In this document: piece after piece, positions 17,813 to 26,679 of the stretch
Position numbering within the stretch: the first letter of the stretch is position 1
Layout: each line of letters starts with the position of its first letter
Assembly: GCA_963681965.1 (NCBI GenBank)
Contig: OY820579.1
Span: 1,248,001-1,312,000, forward strand
DNA length: 64,000 nucleotides
Origin: a bacterium
GTDB taxonomy: Bacteria; Electryoneota; JAOADG01
Direction: 5' to 3'
Made by a program: the position numbers and the translations under genes
The notes under the pieces: model-generated
Told to the model about the DNA's origin: nothing
The model's input: only the letters and a program-made list of their open reading frames with translations
Database searches by the model: none

Positions 17813-18454
17813 TTGCAAAGCTATCTCAACGATCTACTAGGCAAAGTGAAGAATGAAGACCTCACCAACGACCAAGCCTTCGAACTGATGCAGAGTGGCG
17901 TTGAGCAATTTCGTTCCTCGCTGGAGGAGCTGTTTCAAAATCCAGCCGATTTACCAACTGTGGAGGCAAAGAAAATGACTGATCCAAAACCACCGGAAAT
18001 CCCTCCGGCGAGTGCGGCAGCTCCGGGAAGCGAACAGATTAAGACGCTTGAACTGGAGAATGCTGATTTGAAAAAGCGCGTCGATGAGCTATCGAAGCAA
18101 CTCGATGCACTGAAGAAAGCTGCTGCTCAAGAAAAAGCGAAGTCGAAAGCAACGGAACTAGTGAAGCGATTCGAACTCAAAGGTCGGACGTTTGCCAATG
18201 ATACCGAGCGTGAAGTGGAGATTGAACGATTGGCAGCCCTATCTGATGAAGCGCTAGCGGCAGTGGAAATCACTGTTTCGGCAATGCCTGATCTTTCCGC
18301 CCAGGCAAATCGCCAGCCAATACTCAAGACCGATGCTGGTGTAAAGCCGGTCAATGTTGCCGACACGGCGCCCGGCGACGAACTCAAAACTGGTCTCAAA
18401 GACGGCTTAATGGCGGCTTACAAACAGAATCGCGGCGAAGCGGTCACGAACTGA
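17813..18454 (+). CDS. Probable capsid scaffolding protein (coiled coil)
   Basis: In frame with the protease after one TGA; Pro-rich linker, heptad-like LELENADLKKRVDELSKQLDALKK; internal GGAGG-ATG at about 17962-17977; lies before decoration gene and MCP. Confidence 0.6.
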   Translation: MQSYLNDLLGKVKNEDLTNDQAFELMQSGVEQFRSSLEELFQNPADLPTVEAKKMTDPKPPEIPPASAAAPGSEQIKTLELENADLKKRVDELSKQLDALKKAAAQEKAKSKATELVKRFELKGRTFANDTEREVEIERLAALSDEALAAVEITVSAMPDLSAQANRQPILKTDAGVKPVNVADTAPGDELKTGLKDGLMAAYKQNRGEAVTN

Positions 18455-18467
18455 GAAGGAGATCTCG

Positions 18468-18887
18468 ATGGCAAATTACCTGAATGCCGCCTTGCCTGGC
18501 ATCGCATACGGCAATGGCGAACTGCAGGGTCCGGGAAATCCCGGACAAATTGTAAAACTGGTCGGTAATGATCTGTTCGAAGTGGTCAGTAATGCGAATG
18601 ACGAACCGTTCGGTTTGCTGGGTCGCACAAATCGGCTCAAGAGCGGACCAATCCCGACATCCACCGACAAAGTACTAGCGGTTGTATTCGTTGGCGATGG
18701 AATCTACGAAACGGATAACTTTTCCGGGTCGATCACTGCCGGCAATACACTGACATTCGATGCATCGCTCGGCAATCTGAAAGGTGCCGGAGCCGGTGCA
18801 AAGATAATTGGTCGTGCGCTGTCAGTTTCAGACGGCATGCTCAAATTTCAATGGACGAATCACGGGACTAGCGTCCCCTCGACGTAA
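18468..18887 (+). CDS. Probable head decoration/capsid cement protein
   Basis: AAGGAG RBS; 139 aa, Gly-rich (G.YETD, IIGRALSV); lies between scaffold and MCP. Confidence 0.55.
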   Translation: MANYLNAALPGIAYGNGELQGPGNPGQIVKLVGNDLFEVVSNANDEPFGLLGRTNRLKSGPIPTSTDKVLAVVFVGDGIYETDNFSGSITAGNTLTFDASLGNLKGAGAGAKIIGRALSVSDGMLKFQWTNHGTSVPST

Positions 18888-18897
18888 GGAGGTTTCA

Positions 18898-19764
18898 ATG
18901 ATTAGCACCGAAGTGAACTCTCGCGAATTCATGGAGAAAATGGGTCAATTGATGACCCGTTCTCTGGAAACCCCGGAAGGAATGCATGCAATGGCGGAAG
19001 CGATTGCTCCTCCGATTGAAATGGAAATCAATCGCCGGATCATCACACCGTTATTGCTTACTGAACACCCATTACCGCCTGGACAACCGGCAAAGTACCA
19101 GAAAGTACCCGGTATCAAAGCACATTGGATCGCCACTGGTGGAATCGTTACATCTACCGATGTCGCTGATTTCGATGAAGTGGAATTTCCAATTGACCGC
19201 ATTCCGGCAAATCCGATGGTTGATGTTTCGGCATTGCAGAGTGGTAACGTCGGTACACTCACCGATCACCAGAATAAAGCGGCAAACGCAATCCGGAAGG
19301 AAGTCGACAAGCGAACAATGTCGCTATTTTCGGCTTCAGTTTCGCAATCGAATACCATCACCATTACCAGTGGTGGCAAGCTGACCGAAACCGCCTTCTA
19401 TCAGGCAATTGCCAAAGTTGAAGACCTCGAGCTGAATCCGAAATTTATTCTAATGCGTGGTGCGAGAATGTCAGATTTGAAAAGCTGGTCGAATCTTGAT
19501 CCGCAGACCAACCGCGAATTGTTCGAAAAGGGCGTTGTCAAGACAATGGGTGGAGCAGGTTTAATCAATACTGCTGCTGCATCGTTATCGGAAGTTATCA
19601 TCGTTCCGGACACTGAGATCGGTAAATACGCCATTCGAAGTGCAATCACTGCTGAACCCTACAAGGATGTTCCACGATTCAAAGTCGGTTGGGTGGTTTG
19701 GATGGAATGTGCGCTCGGTATTACCCGTCCCGATCTGTTGTTCAAAATCGTAATCAACGGGTGA
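18898..19764 (+). CDS. Major capsid protein (HK97 fold)
   Basis: AAGGAGG RBS before ATG 18898; AIAPPI...LLTEHPLPPG.P.KY, AANAIRKEVD, C-terminal GWVVWMECALGITRP; reminiscent of Bxz1-type MCPs (from memory, not searched). Confidence 0.75.
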   Translation: MISTEVNSREFMEKMGQLMTRSLETPEGMHAMAEAIAPPIEMEINRRIITPLLLTEHPLPPGQPAKYQKVPGIKAHWIATGGIVTSTDVADFDEVEFPIDRIPANPMVDVSALQSGNVGTLTDHQNKAANAIRKEVDKRTMSLFSASVSQSNTITITSGGKLTETAFYQAIAKVEDLELNPKFILMRGARMSDLKSWSNLDPQTNRELFEKGVVKTMGGAGLINTAAASLSEVIIVPDTEIGKYAIRSAITAEPYKDVPRFKVGWVVWMECALGITRPDLLFKIVING

Positions 19765-19768
19765 TGAT

Positions 19769-19963
19769 ATGGCAACACTGAAGAATATTTCGGGAATGAC
19801 ACTAGCATTTCCGTCAGGAGTTATCCTCGCACCCGATGCAACACTCTCAGTAAGTAAACCAAATGTGGAACAGAAGGAAGCGATGAGTCTCGGCTTACTA
19901 GTGGAAGCGAAGGGGTTGGAACCTGCAGGCGATTGCGAGAATGGAAAGCAGCCGAATCCATGA
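19769..19963 (+). CDS. Small phage hypothetical protein
   Basis: Tightly packed after the MCP; ATGA overlap with the next gene. Confidence 0.55.
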   Translation: MATLKNISGMTLAFPSGVILAPDATLSVSKPNVEQKEAMSLGLLVEAKGLEPAGDCENGKQPNP

Positions 19964-20388
19964 CGTTAGGTTCTGAACTCACCGCCAAGTTGCGGCTCGA
20001 CTATCACGATACGCTGAGCGATCCGGAACACGATCTATCGGATGAACAGCTTTGTCGGTGTATCGAGCGCGGATTGTTGTTTCTGAATCGAGATTTCGCT
20101 GCGGTCTACACAGTATGTGGCGATGGCATTGATCCGGCGCTCTCACAGGAACATCGGGAAATGTTACTTCTGCGGTCACTTGCACTAGTGTGCGAACTGA
20201 TGGCAGCGAAATCATCACGTCATGTTTCATTCTCTTCCGGTGATAAATCGGTGACCCATGGCGATGAAGCAAGGATCTGGCTCGCACTGGGTGAACGCAG
20301 TATGGCACGATACGATGCCGCAGTGGAAGTTTGGACGGGTGGAGTCGGTAGCCTGCAGCCCTTGCTGTATGGTGATTCGGAGTCATGA
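19960..20388 (+). CDS. Probable head-tail adaptor/connector protein
   Basis: LRLDYHD...LSDEQL..IE, SFSSGDKSVT motif typical of gp15/gp6-like adaptors; gene position. Confidence 0.55.
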   Translation: MTLGSELTAKLRLDYHDTLSDPEHDLSDEQLCRCIERGLLFLNRDFAAVYTVCGDGIDPALSQEHREMLLLRSLALVCELMAAKSSRHVSFSSGDKSVTHGDEARIWLALGERSMARYDAAVEVWTGGVGSLQPLLYGDSES

Positions 20389-20759
20389 CAACCTTTCTGA
20401 CCATCGCACAAGCGAATCAGATTCGTGCCGATATGAAAGCGCTTATTGAAAGTAGTGGCGAATCGGCTACACGTTCGCGGCAAGTCTTAACACCGGTATT
20501 GTACGGTGGGCAACCTATCGGTGAATCGGTCAATCAGATCACTTTTCCAGTGTTGCGTAAGCCGCTCCCGGAAAACGATCTGATAAAAAATGGCAATGGA
20601 ATGGTGTTGTCGGTATTGCCGGATGTGGATGTTCAGGAGATTGATCTCGTGACAGTGGATGGTGTGCACTATGGTATCGCAGAGATCACCGAATTCAATT
20701 TGTTCGGTGTAGTGACACACCGGGAGATCAAGCTCGAACCGTACCGGAGTCATACGTGA
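20385..20759 (+). CDS. Probable head closure (stopper) protein
   Basis: DVQEIDLVTVDGVHY.I pattern; ATGA coupling; gene position. Confidence 0.5.
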   Translation: MTTFLTIAQANQIRADMKALIESSGESATRSRQVLTPVLYGGQPIGESVNQITFPVLRKPLPENDLIKNGNGMVLSVLPDVDVQEIDLVTVDGVHYGIAEITEFNLFGVVTHREIKLEPYRSHT

Positions 20760-21229
20760 AAATTGTCATCGACACACGTGCGTTTGCAAAGAGCAAAGCT
20801 GTGCTTCGGAAGCATCCGTTGTTGCTACAAGCGGCATTACAAAGCGCGATGGTAACGCTTGCCGAGGATGTTCGCAAGGTTGCAGTAACGAAACTGCGCG
20901 ATAGTGGTGCAGTCGATTCCGGTTTACTGATGAACAGTATTTCAGTAGTGCCGGAAAGTAAACGCAAACTGATCGTTGGAACCAATGTCGCTTATGCAGC
21001 TGCGGTGGAATTTGGTGCACGTGGTCACTGGCTCCATATCGATTCAGTTCCCGGTATGCGGCTCTGGCTTAAGCGTCATGGAATTTCGGGGTGGAATTCG
21101 CGGAAGTTTTTCTATGTCGCACCCAAACCGCGTCCGTACTTCGAACCGGCATTTGTACATGGAAAAATGATTGCACCGAAAGTAATCGAAGTGGCACTTG
21201 GTAATGTGTTACTGGGACTCCATTCGTGA
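20756..21229 (+). CDS. HK97 gp10-like tail-completion protein
   Basis: VDSGLLMNSI, VGTNVAYAAAVEFG, PRPYFEPA. Confidence 0.75.
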   Translation: MKIVIDTRAFAKSKAVLRKHPLLLQAALQSAMVTLAEDVRKVAVTKLRDSGAVDSGLLMNSISVVPESKRKLIVGTNVAYAAAVEFGARGHWLHIDSVPGMRLWLKRHGISGWNSRKFFYVAPKPRPYFEPAFVHGKMIAPKVIEVALGNVLLGLHS

Positions 21230-21744
21230 AGCTGGAACTCGCATTAGCGCAGTGGATTACGAGTAATCATCCAGAGCTGCATGTGTTCAAGGATGATCTC
21301 GCGCATACCGCCGCCGGGTATCCTTATCCGGTGATGCTGATAACCGAGATCGATGCCAGGCGAAGACAGATCGGGACCGGACCGTACGATGCAGTCGATG
21401 TTGTTGTTGAACGGAAATGGTGGAACGTCGAGCGAACGCTGCGACTTACGGTACGCTCACCGGCGGACAAGCAGTGCGATGGTAACACGATTGTTCATGC
21501 ATTGATCGAACAGATCGATAACACATTGCAGTCACTGTTTCGTATCGGGTCGGTGGATTTGCCACTGGGAGAGGATACGGTACATGTCGCAATGGCGAAT
21601 CATGCTGGTTTTCATGAGCTACCTGCCATCACTGACAAGTTGCCATTCGTGTATCAACGAGCATTATCGTGGCGGTTTCAGGAAGTTACGAGTCAGGAAT
21701 TTGAAATGGTGCCGCTGCTGATTCCCAGTGGAGTATTGCATTAG
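21226..21744 (+). CDS. Probable tail terminator-like protein
   Basis: YPYPVMLI...LRLTVRS pattern; follows gp10-like gene. Confidence 0.45.
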   Translation: MKLELALAQWITSNHPELHVFKDDLAHTAAGYPYPVMLITEIDARRRQIGTGPYDAVDVVVERKWWNVERTLRLTVRSPADKQCDGNTIVHALIEQIDNTLQSLFRIGSVDLPLGEDTVHVAMANHAGFHELPAITDKLPFVYQRALSWRFQEVTSQEFEMVPLLIPSGVLH

Positions 21745-21746
21745 CT

Positions 21747-21968
21747 GTGGATGTCAATTCGCTGGTAACGGGTAGTGGCAAAACTTTATCACAATTGGCG
21801 GAGAGTGAACGACAAACGCTGAGTATCACCAAACAGATCGAGCGAGAACAGGTAACGCGGGATTTATCCGAACAAATCTATACTCTACAACGTGCCATCG
21901 CTGAAGCGCCGACACAGGAGCAGCTCGATGCAATCGCCAGCACGATTAGTACGGGAGCTGCACTCTGA
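21747..21968 (+). CDS. Phage hypothetical protein
   Basis: Coupled (TGATG) to the next gene; helical. Confidence 0.45.
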   Translation: MDVNSLVTGSGKTLSQLAESERQTLSITKQIEREQVTRDLSEQIYTLQRAIAEAPTQEQLDAIASTISTGAAL

Positions 21969-22591
21969 TGTCCGATACCATTCTGAATTTATCGGGACTG
22001 CCACCTCAGCGCGCAGCGACGCTATACGATCTGCTGGCACGTACTCGTCGCGATAGTAATTGGCAATCGATTCCGGTGCGGGCAGTATTAGTACCAGACG
22101 ATGGAACGCTCACCATCAATGGTCTTCGGGATAGTCGGTATGCGTTGCTGTTTTCAGATCCGACTGCAATGTCGTTTTCCCGGTTCAAGCTTGAAGTTGG
22201 CGATAAATCAAAGTACCGGACGATCTATCTGAGTGATCCAATTCCGACACCAGTATTGCAATCCGTAGTTGTTTCCGTTCGGCTGAATGAAATCATCGCC
22301 CGTTTGAATTGGTCGATCCAAAGTGATGCCGCAGTTGTCACATTCGATGTTTACCGAAAGTGTGTGAACGAATCAGTGTTTACTCTCGCGCATACAGTTG
22401 CCGATCGGACTTCGAGGCATTGTGAATTGACCGGACTACAAGCCGAGAGTCGGTTTCACTGGTACATCGTGGCACGTGGAGCGGGACAATTTGTTCGAAA
22501 GTCGAACACTGTAGAAATGATAACTCCGGTTTCGCCGGTCGCCGAACCGAATCTGATCGTGAATGGAAATTTTGAGACTGCCGTCTGGTAG
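21968..22591 (+). CDS. Phage structural protein with FN3-like domain
   Basis: LNWS...FDVYRK...LTGLQAESRFHWYIVA...SN; ends in NLIVNGNFETAVW. Confidence 0.6.
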   Translation: MSDTILNLSGLPPQRAATLYDLLARTRRDSNWQSIPVRAVLVPDDGTLTINGLRDSRYALLFSDPTAMSFSRFKLEVGDKSKYRTIYLSDPIPTPVLQSVVVSVRLNEIIARLNWSIQSDAAVVTFDVYRKCVNESVFTLAHTVADRTSRHCELTGLQAESRFHWYIVARGAGQFVRKSNTVEMITPVSPVAEPNLIVNGNFETAVW

Positions 22592-22609
22592 TCAGGAGAA
22601 TGTTGTATT

Positions 22610-25225
22610 ATGGCACAACCGATTAAAATCTCGACCGTCGAAAAACTGTTCGGCAACCAGTCAATGGAAATCAATCCCGATGGTACGTCTGCAACGGTGC
22701 TAACTGACTTAACCAAGACAAATTATGTGAATCTGCAAGGTCTGACTGCGGTTACGGTTTCTTGCTACATCAACGCTAAGGCTTACTCCAGTGGTTACAT
22801 CGTAGCCCGGGCAGTATTCTTCGATATCAATGATGCGCAACTTGGTACACATGACTGGGTAACACTTTCTGCGGTCACAACTGGATTTTCACGGTTTTAC
22901 CAGACCTATTATCTGTCACAATCGCCGGTTCCTGCCAATACGGTTAAAATGAAATTGCAGTTTGGTGGCATCCAGAAAACCGGGGTTAATCCGAACTTCG
23001 ATACATTCATCGATGGCGTAAAAGTTGAGCAGGGAGACAAGCTCACTGCTTATACCGACTATACGCTGAAAGAGAATGATTCGCTTGATCTGGTTGGCGA
23101 TGGTGTCATTTTCAAAAAAATAACCGGTGTCAGCAACAGTAATCAGGTGACGGCAGATTCGATCGAAACTGCAGCGGTTACTAGCTTAAAGATCGCCGAT
23201 GGTGCGATAAGTACGTCAAAAATTGCCACTGGTGCTGTTACAACTAACGAATTGGGTGCAAATGCAGTTATAACGTCTAAACTCGCAAGCGGAGCGGTAA
23301 CTAGCAACGAGTTGTCAGCTAACGCTGTCATTGATACGAAAATCGCTAGCGGTGCAGTAACGACTGCAAAAATTGCTTCAGGAGCTGTGAATTATTCAAA
23401 GTTGGCTGCGAATTCCGTCATTACGTCTAAAATTAGTGCTGCAGCAGTTGATAGCTCCAAAATAGCTATTGGTGCTGTCGGAATTAACCAAATTGCAGCG
23501 AATGCCGTAGATAATACGAAGCTCGCCGATAATGCCGTGACTAGTTCGAAACTGCAGGATGCGGTAGTCACAAATTCGAAGATTCAATTCGGTACGGTGG
23601 CCGAGGATCGACTCAACAATTCTCTCACCACGAAGCTCTGCAAACTTCAATCTGATGGTACCTTCAAGGGCGATGTCTATTCCAATGATGGTGTAGTCAA
23701 GCTGATCGATTCTGCAACAGGTATGGTAACTTCTGCTTTACAGACGAGCAGTGGCGCTTCCCTAAATGATCGAGTCGAAGCGATCTATACAGATGTTTAC
23801 AACAAAGATGTAGCATTGCCGATTCTTGACAGGAATGTCAATAAATCCTTAGTACATGGAACTTTTAAAACTTATCGCCCTGGTACGACAACTGCAGATC
23901 TGAATATCGGTGTAATCGGTGACTCATGGGATGATTTATTTGAGCTGACCCGCGCGGATAACGGTGAGGATTTACTCGATGAAACCGGAGCGCCAATCAA
24001 AGTAGTAGCGCTCTGGGGAAAGCAAAGTAAGGTGAGTTCAATTATTGCTGGTAATGATCCCAATGGAGTCGGAGCCGGATGGTCTCGCACCGATGGCGAT
24101 GGCACGACCAACTCGACTTGGGTAGAACTCTCGGCTCTTCCAACTGCAAATTTCAACATCGTTTATTCTATCAGAAAAAAACTGTCAACTCTGCAAACGC
24201 GAGACCTAGTCACCGTCGGTGTGATCAAGGGGGGACAATCCGATGCGAACATTACCGGCGCACTGCATGATCTGAAAGGTACGACCAACTGGAATGATGC
24301 GGTCCCAAGTGGTAGAAAACTTACCGATCTGACCACAACGAAAGATGCCGGGGCGACTTATATCATCGCCGATGGTAAGGTAAAGGGAAGCTCGATTGTC
24401 GCCGGTGAAGTAGGCACTACCCAGCTTGCCGACAATGCGGTAACCACCAGCAAGATTCCCGATAACGCTATAAGCACCCAGAAAATTAATTCTGGATCGG
24501 TTACAGGTGATAAAATCGCACCTACAACCATCACAGCTTCGAACATAGCTAATTCAACCATAACCGGAACGCAAATTGCCTCCAGTACAATTACCGGTAG
24601 TAACATTGCTTCTGCGACAGTTACACAATCGAATCTCGCAAATAACTCTGTTGGTTCGGCTCAAATTGCCGATGCCAATATTACCAACGAAAAAATCGCG
24701 AATCTCGCTGTCGATTCAACAAAACTTACTAATGGGGCCGTGACGAATGAAAAGATTGGTGCCAATGCTGTTGATTCCTCTAAGCTCGCCAATGGCGCCG
24801 TTGGAACCACTCAACTTACCAATCTAGCGGTTGATAATTCGAAGTTGGCTGACGCGAGTGTTATCACCAGCAAGATCGCGAATCTCGCAGTCGATTCGAC
24901 CAAGATCGCTGATAGTAGTGTTACCACTGTGAAGATTGCGGCAAATGCTGTCGACGCTACTAAAATCGGTTCTGGTGCGGTTGGAACCACACAGCTAGCC
25001 AATAGCGCAGTCGATTCCACTAAGCTTGCAAACAATGCAGTTGTTGCTGGAAAAATTGCGACCAACGCTGTTGTCAATGGTAATATCGCCGATGGTGCAA
25101 TTACCGATACAAAAATTTCCGACGGATCGGTAACGACTGCCAAGCTCAATGCCACTGCCCTTTCAGTATTCGATGGTCGCAATATGGTGCAGAATCCATC
25201 ATTTGAATCGGGGGCATGGATCTGA
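22610..25225 (+). CDS. Phage fibre-like protein with CBM-like N-domain and 10-aa repeats
   Basis: AGGAG RBS; many AV(T/D)xxK(I/L)Axx decapeptide repeats; ends in NMVQNPSFESGAWI. Confidence 0.7.
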   Translation: MAQPIKISTVEKLFGNQSMEINPDGTSATVLTDLTKTNYVNLQGLTAVTVSCYINAKAYSSGYIVARAVFFDINDAQLGTHDWVTLSAVTTGFSRFYQTYYLSQSPVPANTVKMKLQFGGIQKTGVNPNFDTFIDGVKVEQGDKLTAYTDYTLKENDSLDLVGDGVIFKKITGVSNSNQVTADSIETAAVTSLKIADGAISTSKIATGAVTTNELGANAVITSKLASGAVTSNELSANAVIDTKIASGAVTTAKIASGAVNYSKLAANSVITSKISAAAVDSSKIAIGAVGINQIAANAVDNTKLADNAVTSSKLQDAVVTNSKIQFGTVAEDRLNNSLTTKLCKLQSDGTFKGDVYSNDGVVKLIDSATGMVTSALQTSSGASLNDRVEAIYTDVYNKDVALPILDRNVNKSLVHGTFKTYRPGTTTADLNIGVIGDSWDDLFELTRADNGEDLLDETGAPIKVVALWGKQSKVSSIIAGNDPNGVGAGWSRTDGDGTTNSTWVELSALPTANFNIVYSIRKKLSTLQTRDLVTVGVIKGGQSDANITGALHDLKGTTNWNDAVPSGRKLTDLTTTKDAGATYIIADGKVKGSSIVAGEVGTTQLADNAVTTSKIPDNAISTQKINSGSVTGDKIAPTTITASNIANSTITGTQIASSTITGSNIASATVTQSNLANNSVGSAQIADANITNEKIANLAVDSTKLTNGAVTNEKIGANAVDSSKLANGAVGTTQLTNLAVDNSKLADASVITSKIANLAVDSTKIADSSVTTVKIAANAVDATKIGSGAVGTTQLANSAVDSTKLANNAVVAGKIATNAVVNGNIADGAITDTKISDGSVTTAKLNATALSVFDGRNMVQNPSFESGAWI
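23150..23620 (+). repeat. Degenerate 30-bp (10-aa) tandem repeat block 1
   Basis: AVTSLKIADG AISTSKIATG AVTTNELGAN AVITSKLASG... Confidence 0.85.
24390..25150 (+). repeat. Degenerate 30-bp (10-aa) tandem repeat block 2
   Basis: AVTTSKIPDN AISTQKINSG ... AVDSTKLANN AVVAGKIATN. Confidence 0.85.
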
Positions 25226-25971
25226 TGAGCTATTTCGATACTGATAATTCTCATTCTGTATTCGGTGGTTCTTCACTGCGGCTGGTCGGCGACTCGACCA
25301 TGCCGAATGTCATCACTGGACACAGCAATTCCATAACAGTTATTAGCCGGGATTCGATAGTGATATCCGCATATGTTTTCGCACCGGCAATTAGTGCTGG
25401 CACAACCTTTACCGGTCGAATCGAATACATCGACCAGAACGGAAGTTCACTGGGAAGTGGGGATTGGCTTAAACTGACAGTTTCAAACAGCCAGTTTACT
25501 CGGTACTATGCGATCAAAGATATTACCACATTTCCCAATGAAACCGATGCAATTCAGCTATCATTTTCTCTGACCGAAGCTGCAGGGAAGCCGACAGGTA
25601 CGGTATATGTCGATTGTGTGAAATGCGAGTACGGAAACAAGCTGACCGGGTATTCCGAATCGGTGTTTTATGAAGAAATCTGCCAGCACATCGGTGGCTT
25701 CGGGATTCCGAAGATCGGAACATCGCAAATCGAAAACGATTCTATCACCAGTGAAAAGCTGGCAATCGACTTTACCAGTCTTGAGAAAATAACCGATACT
25801 GCAATACAGTTCGATGGTTCAACACTGACTACTAATAAGCAGTTAAGCATTTGCAATGGATTGGCAGCTAATGGTAAACCCGGCATTACACAGACAATCG
25901 AAGTTCCGGATGCTGGTGGCGGGATATACACCATCGCTATTACCGATGGCATCATTACGAGCATCACATGA
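25216..25971 (+). CDS. Phage fibre/tip protein with CBM-like domain
   Basis: VFGGSSLRL...ISAYV...YVDCVKCEYGNKLTGY is paralogous to the N-domain of 22610..25225; start may be 25225 (TGATG). Confidence 0.6.
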   Translation: MDLMSYFDTDNSHSVFGGSSLRLVGDSTMPNVITGHSNSITVISRDSIVISAYVFAPAISAGTTFTGRIEYIDQNGSSLGSGDWLKLTVSNSQFTRYYAIKDITTFPNETDAIQLSFSLTEAAGKPTGTVYVDCVKCEYGNKLTGYSESVFYEEICQHIGGFGIPKIGTSQIENDSITSEKLAIDFTSLEKITDTAIQFDGSTLTTNKQLSICNGLAANGKPGITQTIEVPDAGGGIYTIAITDGIITSIT

Positions 25972-26255
25972 GCGAACCGGAACACATCGAGCATTCGCTG
26001 TTAGAGCCACCATATTCCTGCCAGTACCACTTGGCAAAGATGGAACAGGTATCGCAGCAACTAGCCGATCTTCGCGATGCGGTGAAAGAACTTAACTCGT
26101 CGATCAAAGGAAATGGGAAAGAAGGTATCATCGTAAAAGTGGATCGTAATACCAATTTCCGGTTGTTGATGACGAAGCTGCTCTGGTTTTTGTTTACACC
26201 ATTGTATGGTGGATTGATCGCATTTGTTTTTCAACATTTTGTGGTACATCACTGA
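25968..26255 (+). CDS. Phage membrane protein (coiled coil plus C-terminal TM), lysis-cassette associated
   Basis: IKGNGKEGI..KV motif then a TM helix; precedes the holin. Confidence 0.55.
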   Translation: MSEPEHIEHSLLEPPYSCQYHLAKMEQVSQQLADLRDAVKELNSSIKGNGKEGIIVKVDRNTNFRLLMTKLLWFLFTPLYGGLIAFVFQHFVVHH

Positions 26256-26262
26256 GGTAAGT

Positions 26263-26679
26263 ATGAGCCTTTTAACTGCTGTTCCGATTGTAGGACAGAT
26301 CATCGAGAAAGCCGCCGGAATCATCGACAAGTGGGTCCAGGATAAAGATCTTGCTGCAAAATTGAATTACGATTTGCAGGCGCAGATGTTGTCGCTCGAC
26401 TATAGTGCACTCGAAAAGGAAATCGATGCCAAGGCGAAAGTGTTGGTAGCTGAGGTACAGGGTCAGAGTTGGTTACAACGCAACTGGCGACCATTGCTCA
26501 TGCTTGTATTTACCTACATTGTTGCGCACAACTATGTGATTGCACCGATCTTCAGTATTACCTCAGTGCCGGTGCCGGAACAGATGTGGACGCTCTTGAA
26601 CATCGGTATTGGCGGTTACATCGTCGGTCGCAGCGCCGAGAAAATTGCATCGGTCGTGAAAAAGGAAGATTCGAAATGA
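26263..26679 (+). CDS. 3TM holin (gene-transfer-release type)
   Basis: GAGG RBS; IIDKWVQDKD, SWLQRNWRP, GIGGYIVGRSAEK. Confidence 0.8.
   Translation: MSLLTAVPIVGQIIEKAAGIIDKWVQDKDLAAKLNYDLQAQMLSLDYSALEKEIDAKAKVLVAEVQGQSWLQRNWRPLLMLVFTYIVAHNYVIAPIFSITSVPVPEQMWTLLNIGIGGYIVGRSAEKIASVVKKEDSK

Noticed and set aside
18898-19764. Encapsulin nanocompartment
   Set aside because: Surrounded by protease, scaffold, head-completion, fibre, holin and amidase genes, which is a phage context.
17810-22591. Stop-codon reassignment in the prophage (in-frame TGA 17810, TAG 22589)
   Set aside because: TGA and TAG both end other phage genes normally with coupled downstream starts; no suppressor tRNA seen.
23150-25150. 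30-bp periodic repeats as a CRISPR array
   Set aside because: Degenerate coding repeats with no constant repeat/unique spacer pattern; no cas genes.
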